Below are positions 41,433 through 51,805 of a stretch of 64,000 nt of DNA, in pieces (the stretch's first letter is position 1; every line of letters begins with the position of its first letter). A program made the position numbers and the translations under genes. This DNA comes from Candidatus Latescibacterota bacterium (GTDB lineage: Bacteria > Latescibacterota > UBA2968 > GCA-2709665). The DNA is taken from assembly GCA_965205485.1 (NCBI GenBank), contig OZ242180.1, forward strand, positions 1-64,000, in the 5' to 3' direction. The notes below the pieces were generated by a model. It ran no database searches, was not told where the DNA came from, and was given only the letters and a program-made list of their open reading frames with translations.

Positions 41433-41458
41433 AAAAGCTGCGTTTACCTACGGTGACA

Positions 41459-43306
41459 CTATGACCTCTGCAGTGCCGCCCGCTCGGACGAAAAGGTCCT
41501 GAGCAGTTGATCGGTATCCTGCTGGAAACGCTCCAACGGCTCCCGGATCTGGTGTTTAAACTCCTCGCACGTGGCCTGGTAGTATTCCTGGGCGGCGCCC
41601 CGAAGCACCTTGGCGTGATGCTGCATTGTCCTGTGGTCGTCCTGAAAGTGCTCGAAGCGGTGGTGGACCGCCCTCATGAGCCGCCCGGCGTACGTGTCCG
41701 TGTTTTTTCGGTAGGCCGCACGATAGCCATTCTTGAAATGTTCCAGATGTTCCAGCGCCTCGTCAAGGAACGTCTTCACTTCGTCAACCTGCAACGCGCG
41801 CTGCGTTGTGAGGATCAGGTGGTGGCCCTGCACGGCCAGCCGCACCGCGTCGGCCAGGCTGCCGGGATGCTTGAGGAGCACCTGCAGCATGAATTTCCAG
41901 TATTGCCAGCGGTAGTTCCTGTTCCGGATGCCCTGCCGCCAGATCGACCGGAATACCGCCTTGATTTCGAGCATTCGTATGGGTGAGTTTGCAATCGGAT
42001 GTCGCCCGCGGTGATTGAAAAACGTAAGGCATCGCTCGAAGAAGATCTCAGGGCTGTTCAGCGTTTCCACCGTCCACCGGTGCCGTTCCAGCAAGGTATC
42101 CGGATCGATTAGAGGCACGTAACTCAACTCGCGGCTGAAAACCCCCGAATCACCCGTGTATTTCGCGCCTTCCACCAGACGCCCCTGCCGGCTGAATCGT
42201 TTGTAATCGGGCGTATCCCGCAGCACCCCCAGGATGCCGACCATCGCCACGGGAATACCCGCCTCCCTGATGAACGCAAGGGTCCGCTCGGCAATGTCGT
42301 CCGGGTCGGTATCCAGGCCGATAATGAATCCCGCCTGAACTTCGAAGCCGGTTTCCTGCAGTATCTTGACTTTGTCCATCAGGGGGGTATTGCCCTGCAG
42401 GTTCTTCTGTGCGCCCATGAACTTCAGGCTTTCCTCGACGGGAGACTCGATTCCGGCGAACACCTTGTCGAATCCGGCCTGGTACATGGCCTCGAGCAAC
42501 TGCGGGTCGTCGCTGACGCGGATGCTGGCCTGGGTGTGGAACTGAAACGGATAGCCGCGCTCCTGCTGCCACGGGACGACTTCGTCCTCGAGCGCGTGCC
42601 TGATTTCGTCCCGGTTACCCACGAAATTGTCATCCACCGCCATCACCGCGCCCCGCCAGCCGGCATCGTAAAGTGCGTCCAGTTCCTGGACCATTCTGCT
42701 CTTGCTCTTGAGCCGCGTAATTTTTCCATACAAGGAAGGAATATTGCAGAACGTACAGCTTTCGGGGCACCCGCGCGTGACCTGGATCACCATATTGCTA
42801 TAGTCGTCGAAATCGATCAGGGACCAGCGGGGCAGCGGTGTTACGGCCAGGTCCTGAAACTTGCCGCGCCGGTCCACGTATTCCCGTTCAACGGTTTCCG
42901 AGCCCGTAGTGAGACGATCCACAATGTCCATAAACCCGTTTTCCGCTTCGCCCAGGTAAAAGACGGCGTCGCCCTCGATCTCTTCGTAATATTGGGTGGG
43001 AAGCGGTCCCCCGTTCAGAACCGGAACGCCAATCCGGTTGCAGCGCGCGATCACGTCTTCCAACGAGTGCCAGTGAATGATCATCGACGACGTGATTACA
43101 ATATCCGCCCACTCGAGATCCTCGTCGATCAGTGGACGCGCATTCATGTCTACCATTCGCACGTCGTATGAATCAGACATCATGCCGGCAATGGTCAACA
43201 GCCCCAGTGGAGGAAATGCGACCTTTTTGTCGATTACTTTCAGGGCTTCGTCGAAGCTCCAGAATGTAACCGGATTCATGGGACTGACCAGCAGCGCATT
43301 CGGCAT
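41459..43306 (-). CDS. B12-binding radical SAM protein (DUF4070-type)
   Basis: FPPLGLLT B12-binding N-terminus, RGCPESCTFC, VDDNF, GIES, AGFIIGLD. Confidence 0.9.
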   Translation of the reverse strand: MPNALLVSPMNPVTFWSFDEALKVIDKKVAFPPLGLLTIAGMMSDSYDVRMVDMNARPLIDEDLEWADIVITSSMIIHWHSLEDVIARCNRIGVPVLNGGPLPTQYYEEIEGDAVFYLGEAENGFMDIVDRLTTGSETVEREYVDRRGKFQDLAVTPLPRWSLIDFDDYSNMVIQVTRGCPESCTFCNIPSLYGKITRLKSKSRMVQELDALYDAGWRGAVMAVDDNFVGNRDEIRHALEDEVVPWQQERGYPFQFHTQASIRVSDDPQLLEAMYQAGFDKVFAGIESPVEESLKFMGAQKNLQGNTPLMDKVKILQETGFEVQAGFIIGLDTDPDDIAERTLAFIREAGIPVAMVGILGVLRDTPDYKRFSRQGRLVEGAKYTGDSGVFSRELSYVPLIDPDTLLERHRWTVETLNSPEIFFERCLTFFNHRGRHPIANSPIRMLEIKAVFRSIWRQGIRNRNYRWQYWKFMLQVLLKHPGSLADAVRLAVQGHHLILTTQRALQVDEVKTFLDEALEHLEHFKNGYRAAYRKNTDTYAGRLMRAVHHRFEHFQDDHRTMQHHAKVLRGAAQEYYQATCEEFKHQIREPLERFQQDTDQLLRTFSSERAALQRS

Positions 43307-43331
43307 GTAGCAACCCCTTCGTGGTCTACTT

Positions 43332-43430
43332 AAAAAGACCGCCCCCTTCGGGAACGGTCGCCCGACCTTCGCAGATCGTCCGCCCACCCTGACAGGCTGA
43401 AACGTTGAGACGCCCGACGGGTGTGGGCAT
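43332..43430 (-). promoter_or_regulatory. structured 5' leader with terminator-like hairpin (candidate attenuator/riboswitch)
   Basis: Three stems on the minus strand; the last is gaccgttccc-gaa-gggggcggtc followed by T5, 25 nt before the ATG. Confidence 0.5.
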
Positions 43431-43571
43431 CGAACGTGTGTCATACTAAATATAATGTTTTTTCGATTTCACGCCACAGTAAAAAAGATGCGCATCGAAT
43501 CCCGTCAGTCGGCATGAACCGGTTCTCGCGCGCGCATTCCACCATCCTCCGTCCGGACAGCCAGAATACCC

Positions 43572-43601
43572 TTGACAACGTGTCCGGAACCGCTTTAACA
43601 T
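43572..43601 (+). promoter_or_regulatory. sigma70 promoter of the phyH genes
   Basis: TTGACA-18 nt-TAACAT. Confidence 0.55.
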
Positions 43602-43645
43602 ATCCGCCGATCCGTGGCGCGATTTACAAATGACGGGGGAATGCC

Positions 43646-44383
43646 TTGTCCCTGAGCGAAGAGGACCTCTGGTATTTCAATCACACCGGCTTCTACCGCG
43701 TCCCCGAACTGCTGCCGGCCGACCTGGTGGAACGGCTGAATGCCGTTACCGACCGGCAGATCGGCGGGATGATCGAGCCGGTGGTATGGGAGAAAACCGG
43801 CTCTCGCGAGCCGGACGACGTGCGGCGCCTCTCAAAGATTCTCTCCCGCGACCGCACGTACGTCGAGGCCGCCTCGCATCCCGTGATCCTGGGCCCCCTG
43901 AAATCCATCCTCGGACCCAATATCGAATTGCTCACGAACAAACACAATCACATCATGGTCAGGCCCCCCGGGTCCGAGCACGTTTACTGGCACAGCGGAG
44001 AAGAGCCCTACCACCCCACACTGGTCACCGCCCTCGTCTACCTCGAGGAGTCCACCCTGGAGAACGGCTGCATCCGCATCGTACCCGGCAGCCACCGGCG
44101 TCCCTTCCAGCGTCACCGGCGTCCTGGGGTCGGATTTGAAGAAAGTGACCTCTTTCATAAATCCCTGCCGGTACCGATGCCCGAAGGAGGTGTACTGCTC
44201 TTCAACGACTGCTGTTTCCACGGCGCGGGCGTCAACCGAACGGACACTTCACGCCGAAGCATGACACTCGCCTATCAGGCACACGACCCGCACGACGTCA
44301 TGAAGGACGACCCGGAGAAGATACTCGCCGCCGGGGAACGCATCTACATCGGCCACCCTCACTCCTTCCCTCATCCCTCTTGA
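43646..44383 (+). CDS. PhyH-family Fe(II)/2-oxoglutarate dioxygenase
   Basis: FNHTGFY, YWHSGE (variant of HxD), ENGCIRIVPGSH, HGAGVN..RRS. Confidence 0.88.
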   Translation: MSLSEEDLWYFNHTGFYRVPELLPADLVERLNAVTDRQIGGMIEPVVWEKTGSREPDDVRRLSKILSRDRTYVEAASHPVILGPLKSILGPNIELLTNKHNHIMVRPPGSEHVYWHSGEEPYHPTLVTALVYLEESTLENGCIRIVPGSHRRPFQRHRRPGVGFEESDLFHKSLPVPMPEGGVLLFNDCCFHGAGVNRTDTSRRSMTLAYQAHDPHDVMKDDPEKILAAGERIYIGHPHSFPHPS

Positions 44384-44398
44384 CGGAAATATCGACCC

Positions 44399-45100
44399 AT
44401 GTCCCTCTCACCGGAACAGGTACAGCTGTTTCGCCACAACGGCTTCCTGAAACTGCCGGATCGACTTCCGGAAGAAACCGTCGACAGACTCCTGCGGGCT
44501 GTGCTTGCGGACATCAGGGCCGAGGTCGAACCCCTGGTGAGGAACGCTGACGGGCGGGTGGTCCGGATTTCGAGCCTGGTTGACAGAGATCCGATTTTCC
44601 TCGAGACGGCATCCAGTACCATCGTACTGGATCCCCTGGAATGCCTGATGGGGCCCAATATCGAACTGGTCACGAACCGTCACAACCATGCAACGCTGAA
44701 CACGTCTGTCGAGACCGGGCCGGACGGATTCCACCGTGACGTGAGACAGTGGACCCGGACGATCTTCACAGTCATTTTCTACCTTCAGGAAACAACGACA
44801 GAGAATGGCGCCACGCTTCTCGTTCCCGGCTCTCACCATTTTCCCGGCATCGAAGGGCGCCTATACGGGCACGACTGGACCCAATCCCTGCTGGACCAGG
44901 CGCTGGTTGCGCCCATGCCGGCAGGCGGAATGCTGGTGATCGACAGCCTGCTCATGCACGGTATCGGCGAAAACCGTACAGACCGCACGCGCACGAGCAT
45001 GACCGTCGGGTACCACAGCGTGGACGAACTCTCGGACGTACCGAATCCCAAACGGATTCTGGTTCGCGGCAGACCCGTCTACGAAGGAAACGACGATTGA
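44399..45100 (+). CDS. PhyH-family Fe(II)/2-oxoglutarate dioxygenase
   Basis: FHRD, ENGATLLVPGSH, HGIGEN..RTS. Confidence 0.9.
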   Translation: MSLSPEQVQLFRHNGFLKLPDRLPEETVDRLLRAVLADIRAEVEPLVRNADGRVVRISSLVDRDPIFLETASSTIVLDPLECLMGPNIELVTNRHNHATLNTSVETGPDGFHRDVRQWTRTIFTVIFYLQETTTENGATLLVPGSHHFPGIEGRLYGHDWTQSLLDQALVAPMPAGGMLVIDSLLMHGIGENRTDRTRTSMTVGYHSVDELSDVPNPKRILVRGRPVYEGNDD

Positions 45101-45184
45101 AGCGGGTGATGTAAGCGTCCGCCGCGGCGCGATCCATCCGAGATACCGCGGACCAGACAGGACTGACGGAAAAGGGAGCCACCC

Positions 45185-45874
45185 ATGGACGGCATTCACG
45201 ATATGGGCGGAATGCACGGATTCGGCCCGATCATTCGCGAAGAGAACGAACCTCTGTTCCACCACGAGTGGGAAAGACGCGTGCTGGGCATGGGTGTCGC
45301 CATACCCGTGCCGGTGCCGGGAGGTTCGCGCAACAACATCGAGAATATGGACCCTGCCCACTACCTGTCATCCACCTACTACGAAAAATGGCTGCATTCC
45401 AGGATCAGGGGCCTGATCGATGCCGGAGCGATGACGGCGGACGAGTTGGAAACGAGAGTGGCGCTGTTCCGGCAGAAACCGGACGCCGAAACCCCGGTCC
45501 ACCCCGACCCGGATGGCGTCCGGGCGAAGTTCTCGAGGCGAAGATCCGTTTCGTCCGCGCCGTTGCGCGTGAATATCCGGCCGCAATTTCAGGAAGGCGA
45601 CCGGGTACGCGCGAGAAACATCCACCCCGAGGGACACACGCGGCTCCCGCGGTACGTCCGGGGAAAAACCGGTACGATCACGCGCTTCTACGGAATCCAC
45701 AACCTCCAGGACGCCGAGTTGCCTGCGGGGTGCGTGCGTCGCGAGCAGCCTCTGTATGCCGTACGCTTCGAATCGCGTGAATTGTGGGGGGAGTCGGCCG
45801 AAGCCGAAGACGCGGTCTATCTGGACATGTGGGAAGGCTATCTCACGCCCGCGCAGTCAGATTCGGCAAAGTGA
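45185..45874 (+). CDS. nthB: nitrile hydratase beta subunit
   Basis: MDGIHDMGGMHGFG, YYEKW, HTRLPRYVRGK, ELWG, WEGYL. Confidence 0.96.
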   Translation: MDGIHDMGGMHGFGPIIREENEPLFHHEWERRVLGMGVAIPVPVPGGSRNNIENMDPAHYLSSTYYEKWLHSRIRGLIDAGAMTADELETRVALFRQKPDAETPVHPDPDGVRAKFSRRRSVSSAPLRVNIRPQFQEGDRVRARNIHPEGHTRLPRYVRGKTGTITRFYGIHNLQDAELPAGCVRREQPLYAVRFESRELWGESAEAEDAVYLDMWEGYLTPAQSDSAK

Positions 45875-45880
45875 GGATCC

Positions 45881-46495
45881 ATGGACATGAACCGACAGCA
45901 AGAACCCGACCGGAGCGAGTCCGACGCGGCGTTGCGCACCCGGGCGCTGGAGTCACTCCTGGTTGAAAAAGGGTTGCTGGCGACCGACACGATCAACAAG
46001 GTCGTGGAAAAGTACGAGAAAGACGTGGGACCGCTCAATGGCGCCCGGGTGGTGGCCCGCGCCTGGTCGGACCCCGACTACAAACGCAGGCTGCTGGCGA
46101 ACGGCACCGCGGCGATCGCCGAATTGGGTTTCGTCGACAGGGAGGGCGCCGAGATCGTTGTCCTCGAAAACACGTCGACGGTCCACAACGTCGTCGTCTG
46201 CACCCTCTGCTCCTGTTATCCGTGGCCGGTGCTGGGTCTGCCTCCGGGCTGGTACAAGTCCTACGCCTACCGTTCGCGCCTCGTACGGGAGCCACGGGCC
46301 GTACTCAGGGAGTTCGACCTGCATCTGCCGGATTCGGTCGAAGTCCGCGTCTGGGACAGCAATTCGGATCTTCGTTATATGGTCCTTCCGGAACGGCCTG
46401 ACGGCACGGAAGATCTTACCGAAGACGCGCTTGTCCCGCTGGTCACGCGCGACGCGATGATCGGCGCGGCCAGGATCGATTCCCCATCGGAGTGA
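45881..46495 (+). CDS. nthA: cobalt-type nitrile hydratase alpha subunit
   Basis: VCTLCSCY (Thr/Tyr form typical of Co-type), GLPPGWYKS. Confidence 0.97.
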   Translation: MDMNRQQEPDRSESDAALRTRALESLLVEKGLLATDTINKVVEKYEKDVGPLNGARVVARAWSDPDYKRRLLANGTAAIAELGFVDREGAEIVVLENTSTVHNVVVCTLCSCYPWPVLGLPPGWYKSYAYRSRLVREPRAVLREFDLHLPDSVEVRVWDSNSDLRYMVLPERPDGTEDLTEDALVPLVTRDAMIGAARIDSPSE

Positions 46496-46502
46496 GCCGG
46501 AC

Positions 46503-46847
46503 ATGACGCGTCGAATCGACAGGAAAATCGCGGACGCGGAAACGACAGTCGCGCTCCCCCGCCGGAACGGCGAACTCGTATTCGAGACCCCATGGGAAGC
46601 CCGCGCCTTCGGCCTGGCTGTGGCGCTTAGCGAGAAGGGCGTCTTCGAATGGCGCGAATTCAGCACAGCGCTGGCTGCCACAATCGAGGCCGCCGAAAAA
46701 GCAAACGACCCATCGGGTTACTACACGCGATGGATCGCTTCCCTTGAAGAACTGGCTATCGAAAAGGGCCTTGTCGGCCGCGGGCAACTGAGGGCAAGGA
46801 CCCGGCAAGTCGCGACGGACCCGCACGAGGATCACGACCACGGGTAG
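46503..46847 (+). CDS. nitrile hydratase accessory protein
   Basis: PRRNGELVFETPWEARAFG, YYTRW..LE, His-rich tail. Confidence 0.93.
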   Translation: MTRRIDRKIADAETTVALPRRNGELVFETPWEARAFGLAVALSEKGVFEWREFSTALAATIEAAEKANDPSGYYTRWIASLEELAIEKGLVGRGQLRARTRQVATDPHEDHDHG

Positions 46848-46925
46848 CCGGCGGACGCCGGCGGGCGTTGCCTGGATCGTCTTCCTGCGGCGGAGCCAGG
46901 TGGAGACGTCCGTGCGATTCGCGAA

Positions 46926-47909
46926 TCACGCGCCGACGTTTATCGGCCCGCCCTTGCGCGCGGACGCGTAGATGGCCTCCAGCAGGGCCACCGTACGGCG
47001 CCCTTCCCTTCCATCGACGCGGAGCGGCGTCTTCCTCTCCACAGCGCTGACCGCGTCCTGCACAATATTCTTGAGCGGGTTCTCCACCGCCGCCAGCCGT
47101 TCCTCCAGACCCTCGCCGAATACCTGCATATTGCCGGTGAGTACGTCGGGGATCAGCACGCCGCCGGTCGTTCCGTGGACTTCGGCGCTGAAGTATGGAC
47201 TTGCCGGGAACGTCGTCGTTCCAACAATCGTACCCTTCGCGCCGCTCTCGAAATTCACGATCGCCAACCCGATATCCTCGGTTTCGATCTCGTGGTTCAT
47301 GATGGCCATTTCGCCATATACGGAAACAGCGTCTCCCATGAACCAGCACAGTACGTCCAGCAGATGCGCGCCCTGGTTGGCCAGCGACCCGCCGCCGTCC
47401 ATCTTCCACGTCCCGCGCCAACCGCCGCTTGCCTCGAAGTAGGACTGGGCTCGGAACCACTTGAATCTGACTTCGCCCAGAATGGGTTTTCCAAGCCAAC
47501 CCTGCCGCATCGCCTCGGCCGCGCGCCAGTTGTTGTCCACGTACCGGCTGACGTAATCCACGCCGCAGAGTACGCCGGCCTCGTCGCATGCCGCGATCAG
47601 ACGGTCGCAGGCTTCGGTAGACACGTCCATGGGCTTGGTCGTAATCACGTGCTTGCCCGCACGGGCGGCCTGGATTCCCAACTCTGCGTGGGTCCCGCTG
47701 GGCGTCATCACCAACACCACGTCCACGTCGTCACGATCCAACGCCGCGTCCAGGTCCGTTGTGCCTTCCACGTCCAGTTCCGAACTCACGTCCCTGAGAC
47801 GGGTCTCGTCCAGATCCACGACGATCTTCAATTCAGCGCCGTCGGTGTCCTGTATCATCCTGGACCGGTTGCGCCCCATACCCAGGCCAACCACCGCAAA
47901 CCCGACCAT
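46926..47909 (-). CDS. Gfo/Idh/MocA oxidoreductase
   Basis: VVGLGMG, TPSGTH, TTKP, WRGTWKMDGGG. Confidence 0.92.
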   Translation of the reverse strand: MVGFAVVGLGMGRNRSRMIQDTDGAELKIVVDLDETRLRDVSSELDVEGTTDLDAALDRDDVDVVLVMTPSGTHAELGIQAARAGKHVITTKPMDVSTEACDRLIAACDEAGVLCGVDYVSRYVDNNWRAAEAMRQGWLGKPILGEVRFKWFRAQSYFEASGGWRGTWKMDGGGSLANQGAHLLDVLCWFMGDAVSVYGEMAIMNHEIETEDIGLAIVNFESGAKGTIVGTTTFPASPYFSAEVHGTTGGVLIPDVLTGNMQVFGEGLEERLAAVENPLKNIVQDAVSAVERKTPLRVDGREGRRTVALLEAIYASARKGGPINVGA

Positions 47910-48039
47910 ATAGACCTCTCCATCCAGATTTGTTGTCGCACGCCCTGTGCGTGCTCCCTGACCGAACCCTGGATCCGCTCGATACTTCCACGGTGCGGGT
48001 CCGGCTTCAAGCCCCTGTCTTCCGCCCGCCCTCACGGAT

Positions 48040-48993
48040 TCAGCCGAAAAGCTCCCGGATCCGGTCCAGTGATTCTCCGGAGAGTGTTTTCCCGGCCGCC
48101 CTGACGATACCGTCGAGTTGCGCGGGTGTCTTCGCCCCCGGAATGACCGTGGAGACCGCGGGATTGGAAAGCACGAACCGCAACGCCGCGTCGACCATCG
48201 AATCCGCCTCCTCAAGCAGGAAATCCAGCTGTCCGACCTGCGCCGCCGTTTCTTTCACCCTGTCGGGCGTGTACCTGAGACTTCGCAGGTCGTCTGCGGG
48301 AAACGCTGTATTCTCGTTGTACTTTCCAGTCAGCCAGCCCGAAGCCAGCGGCACCCGTGCGATCATCCCTACCCCGTTTTCCATGGCCGCGGGGAACAGG
48401 GCGTCACCCTCCTTCTGCTGAAGCATGTTATACACCAGTTGAATCGCTTCGGCGCCGCCCTCCATGGCGCGCAGGCCTTCCTCCACCACCACGTCCGACG
48501 TATCCACCGGACTGATCGACACGCCCCACGCCCGTATCTTGCCCGATCCTTTCAAGTCCTTCATCAGTCCAAACAACGCGTCCGTCATCCCGTCCAGCGG
48601 AGGGCCGTGCAGCAGGTAGAGATCGACGTGGTCGCGCTCCAGACGCGTCAGACTCGCGTCCAGCGCACCCAGGATATACGGTTCGGAAAAGTCCTGGCCC
48701 GGCGCCGCGAGACTCATGCCCACCTTGGTGCAGATCACGGCATCGTCCTTGTCGTCGTACAACCCCAGACCCACCAGCACCTCGCTCTTACCCCGGCCGT
48801 ACGCATCCGCCGTATCGTAGAACGTCACGCCACGCGCCCAGGATGCACGGACGGTTTCGACGGACGCCATCACGTCCACGCCGGACCAGCCCGTCGGACT
48901 CCCGCCCCTGAATGAGGCCCCGCCGATCGGCCAGCAACCCAACCCCACCTCAGAGACCTGAATCCCCGTTCTTCCAAGCTCCCGGAATCTCAT
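48040..48993 (-). CDS. aldo/keto reductase
   Basis: LGRTG, DTADAYG, VPLASG, VIPGA. Confidence 0.92.
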   Translation of the reverse strand: MRFRELGRTGIQVSEVGLGCWPIGGASFRGGSPTGWSGVDVMASVETVRASWARGVTFYDTADAYGRGKSEVLVGLGLYDDKDDAVICTKVGMSLAAPGQDFSEPYILGALDASLTRLERDHVDLYLLHGPPLDGMTDALFGLMKDLKGSGKIRAWGVSISPVDTSDVVVEEGLRAMEGGAEAIQLVYNMLQQKEGDALFPAAMENGVGMIARVPLASGWLTGKYNENTAFPADDLRSLRYTPDRVKETAAQVGQLDFLLEEADSMVDAALRFVLSNPAVSTVIPGAKTPAQLDGIVRAAGKTLSGESLDRIRELFG

Positions 48994-49052
48994 CCTGCCC
49001 CCCAATTACGAATCAAAAGCGTTTCCCTAACAGCTGAACCGTAGCCTGCGTG

Positions 49053-50237
49053 TCAGTCCGCCAGTACAACCGCTTCGCGCTCCCGGCGCAGCATCCCCTC
49101 TGGATCCACCCACTGGCTTACAACCAGGGAGATCAGCGCCAGAACCGCGCCGCTGAAGAAGATCACCTGGTAGCCGAAGTGATGCCAGACCAGCCCGCCG
49201 ACCAACGGCGCCGCCACCGCGGCGAAATGATTCATTGTAACGCCCATGGACAGCGTGGGTTTGAGGTCCTCCGGTGGCGCAATCTTGTGCAGGTACGTGG
49301 TCAACGCAATGCCTCCGAAGAAAATAAGGTTGTCCACGCAATAAAGCACGTACAGCGTCGGCCGGTGCTCAATCGCGCCGTAACCGAAAAAGACGAACGT
49401 CAGCCCGATGTAGCTCCAGCTGAGCACGGCCCGTTCGCCATGCCTGTCTACCAGCCGGCCCATCAGCGGCGCCGTTAACGTAATCAGCGTCTGATTGATC
49501 AGTACGAGCGCCATCGTCGTTTCCACCGGCATCCCATGGACCTTCACCAGCGCGAAGATGGCAAACGTGATAAACATCTGCTTCCGGCAGCCCTGCAGAA
49601 AATTCAACGCATAATACAGTCCGTAGCGACGGTGGAAAACGAAACTCTTCTCCCGCACGTCCGGGCGTTTTTTGCTGGCAAAGAAGATCGCAACCCCGCC
49701 CAGCGCGGTGATCGCTCCGGCGGCCGCGAACAGCCAGTCGTAGCGGGCCACATGGAACACCAGATTGCAGACCCCGATGGTCAGCAGCCACGCGAATGCA
49801 TGCACGCTCCGCAACTGACCCAGCCACTTCCCCTTCTTGCCTTCCGGAGAGAACCGCAACGCCATGGACTGTTCCATGGGGATCCAGCAATGGAACCCGA
49901 TGCCCCACAGCGCCGAATATACCGCGAGGGCGAAAACGGTGTATACGTCCGCGTACGCGGCGAGGCCCGCACCCATTACCACCAGGGAAACGCCTGCGAC
50001 GACCGGCGGGGCCAACCGCATCATCAGCGCGATGAAGAACGCGTTCAGGAATCCCGATAATTCCCGAAGGGCTTCCACGTAACCGAGTTCGTGCGGCTCG
50101 ATGCCGAGTCGTTCCACGGCGAAGTTGTTGTATAACGTCAGTTGAACGCCGAAGAACACGCCCACGGAGAACGCCGCCGCGCCCAGAAGTCTGAAGTCCC
50201 GGTTCCATTCGGAAAACGGATTGCTGATCCGGATCAA
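49053..50237 (-). CDS. MFS transporter
   Basis: About 12 TM segments; GRLVDRHGER loop motif. Confidence 0.88.
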   Translation of the reverse strand: MIRISNPFSEWNRDFRLLGAAAFSVGVFFGVQLTLYNNFAVERLGIEPHELGYVEALRELSGFLNAFFIALMMRLAPPVVAGVSLVVMGAGLAAYADVYTVFALAVYSALWGIGFHCWIPMEQSMALRFSPEGKKGKWLGQLRSVHAFAWLLTIGVCNLVFHVARYDWLFAAAGAITALGGVAIFFASKKRPDVREKSFVFHRRYGLYYALNFLQGCRKQMFITFAIFALVKVHGMPVETTMALVLINQTLITLTAPLMGRLVDRHGERAVLSWSYIGLTFVFFGYGAIEHRPTLYVLYCVDNLIFFGGIALTTYLHKIAPPEDLKPTLSMGVTMNHFAAVAAPLVGGLVWHHFGYQVIFFSGAVLALISLVVSQWVDPEGMLRREREAVVLAD

Positions 50238-50312
50238 TCTTGTGTCCTGCGATGAATGCCGAGGCCATGAAGTGCGGGAGAAGCCCCGGGCACCAGGAAG
50301 AGGGGCGGAAAA

Positions 50313-50678
50313 CTAATCCATCTGCACGATAACACGGCTGCCGGAAACCCGTACGGGATAGACCCGCACCCGGTATCGCTCGGGCTCGATCAGCGCACGG
50401 CCGGTTGCCAGATCGAATTGCCACCCATGCCAGGGGCAGGTAAGGATTTCCCCCAGACGTCCGTAGGAAATCTCCTGGCCGGGACGACACGGCAGGGCTG
50501 TACCGTCCACCTTTCCGGCAGACAACGGCGCACCCTGGTGAGGACAGGTATCGCGCAATGCGAAAAAGCGCCCGCCGCGCCGCACCACCATCAGCGCCCG
50601 TCCGCCAGCCTCGACCCGGTGTGGCCGGCCGGGCTCGAAGTCGTCGACCGACCCGATGTCAACCGTCTTCGAGACCAT
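50313..50678 (-). CDS. Rieske [2Fe-2S] ferredoxin
   Basis: CPHQG ... CPWHGWQF. Confidence 0.94.
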   Translation of the reverse strand: MVSKTVDIGSVDDFEPGRPHRVEAGGRALMVVRRGGRFFALRDTCPHQGAPLSAGKVDGTALPCRPGQEISYGRLGEILTCPWHGWQFDLATGRALIEPERYRVRVYPVRVSGSRVIVQMD

Positions 50679-51765
50679 AGAAGGCCGCCGCGTTATCAGC
50701 GAAAATGCGCTGCCTGAGGGCGCCGTTGATAATCCGGGGCAGGGCCCGGTCGGGCGCGTCGAAGTCCCAGTGCGGGTAGTCGGTGGCGAACATGAGGAAG
50801 TCTTCGCGTCCGATCATATCCAGAATGGCGAGCAGGTGCCGGGGATTGGACGGCTCCTCCATGGGCTGTGTGGTCGCACGAAAGTGGTCCAGGATGTATT
50901 CGCTGGGCAGCTTTGTGAGCCACGGCACTTCGCCTCTCAGACCGCGGTAATTCTTGTCGAGCCGCCACATGAGTGCGGGCAGCCATGCGAATCCGCCTTC
51001 AACGAGAGCGACCCTGGCCGACGGCAGTTCCTCGAAGACGCCTTCGCATACAAGGCTGATGACCTGCGCCTCGAAGGCCTGCGACATTCCGGTGTGGTCC
51101 TCGATGTAATAGGATGGCCATCCGCTTGCCGTAATGGGGTTGCCGCCCCCGCCAAAGTGAATGCCAACGGGCAGGTCCGCCGCTGCCGCGGCGCGAAAGA
51201 TGGGACGGAATTCACGCCGTCCGTAGGGTGCATGGGAGCGCACGAGCAGCAACACCTGCACAAAGCGGCGGTCGGCGGCCACTCGCTCGATCTCGGCGGC
51301 GGCCGCTTCGGCATCCTGAACGTTGACGACGATTGAGCCGCGCCACCGGCTGTCGGCATCCAGCCAGGCCTCCCGGGTCCATTCATTGACGGCCCGCTGC
51401 AGTGCGTTTGCAAGGTCGATATTGCGCACGGCCGACACCGCGACGAGGGGGTTGAGGACAGCGAAGTCAATGCCCCATCTGTCGAGCAGCTGTTCCCGGG
51501 CAAACCCGGCGTCCGAACCGGGCTTCCTGCCGTTTGAAGGCCACGCGTCGCGCCTTGCCGCCTGTGCATAGAGCTTGGGATAGATCGACACAGACGGTAT
51601 CGTAAACCCGGACTGCTTCACGTATGCCTGCCACCTCCTGGACAGGTAGGGCAGGAGTTCGTCGATGGAATCGGGATAATTGTGGACGTCCGCGTCTATG
51701 AGCGAGACGCCGGATTTCCCGGCGCCGGCCGCCAATGCCCCGGATTCGGCAGTTGTTTCGAGCAT
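50659..51765 (-). CDS. amidohydrolase-fold protein, probable dinuclear-metal oxygenase (PtmU3/AibH-like)
   Basis: IDADVH, GIH, VEGG, TQPMEEP, FATDYPHWDFD; overlaps the Rieske gene. Confidence 0.8.
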   Translation of the reverse strand: MLETTAESGALAAGAGKSGVSLIDADVHNYPDSIDELLPYLSRRWQAYVKQSGFTIPSVSIYPKLYAQAARRDAWPSNGRKPGSDAGFAREQLLDRWGIDFAVLNPLVAVSAVRNIDLANALQRAVNEWTREAWLDADSRWRGSIVVNVQDAEAAAAEIERVAADRRFVQVLLLVRSHAPYGRREFRPIFRAAAAADLPVGIHFGGGGNPITASGWPSYYIEDHTGMSQAFEAQVISLVCEGVFEELPSARVALVEGGFAWLPALMWRLDKNYRGLRGEVPWLTKLPSEYILDHFRATTQPMEEPSNPRHLLAILDMIGREDFLMFATDYPHWDFDAPDRALPRIINGALRQRIFADNAAAFYGLEDG

Positions 51766-51805
51766 GGAACGAACCTTTCAACAAGCGAGCGGTCACCGGA
51801 CCGCG

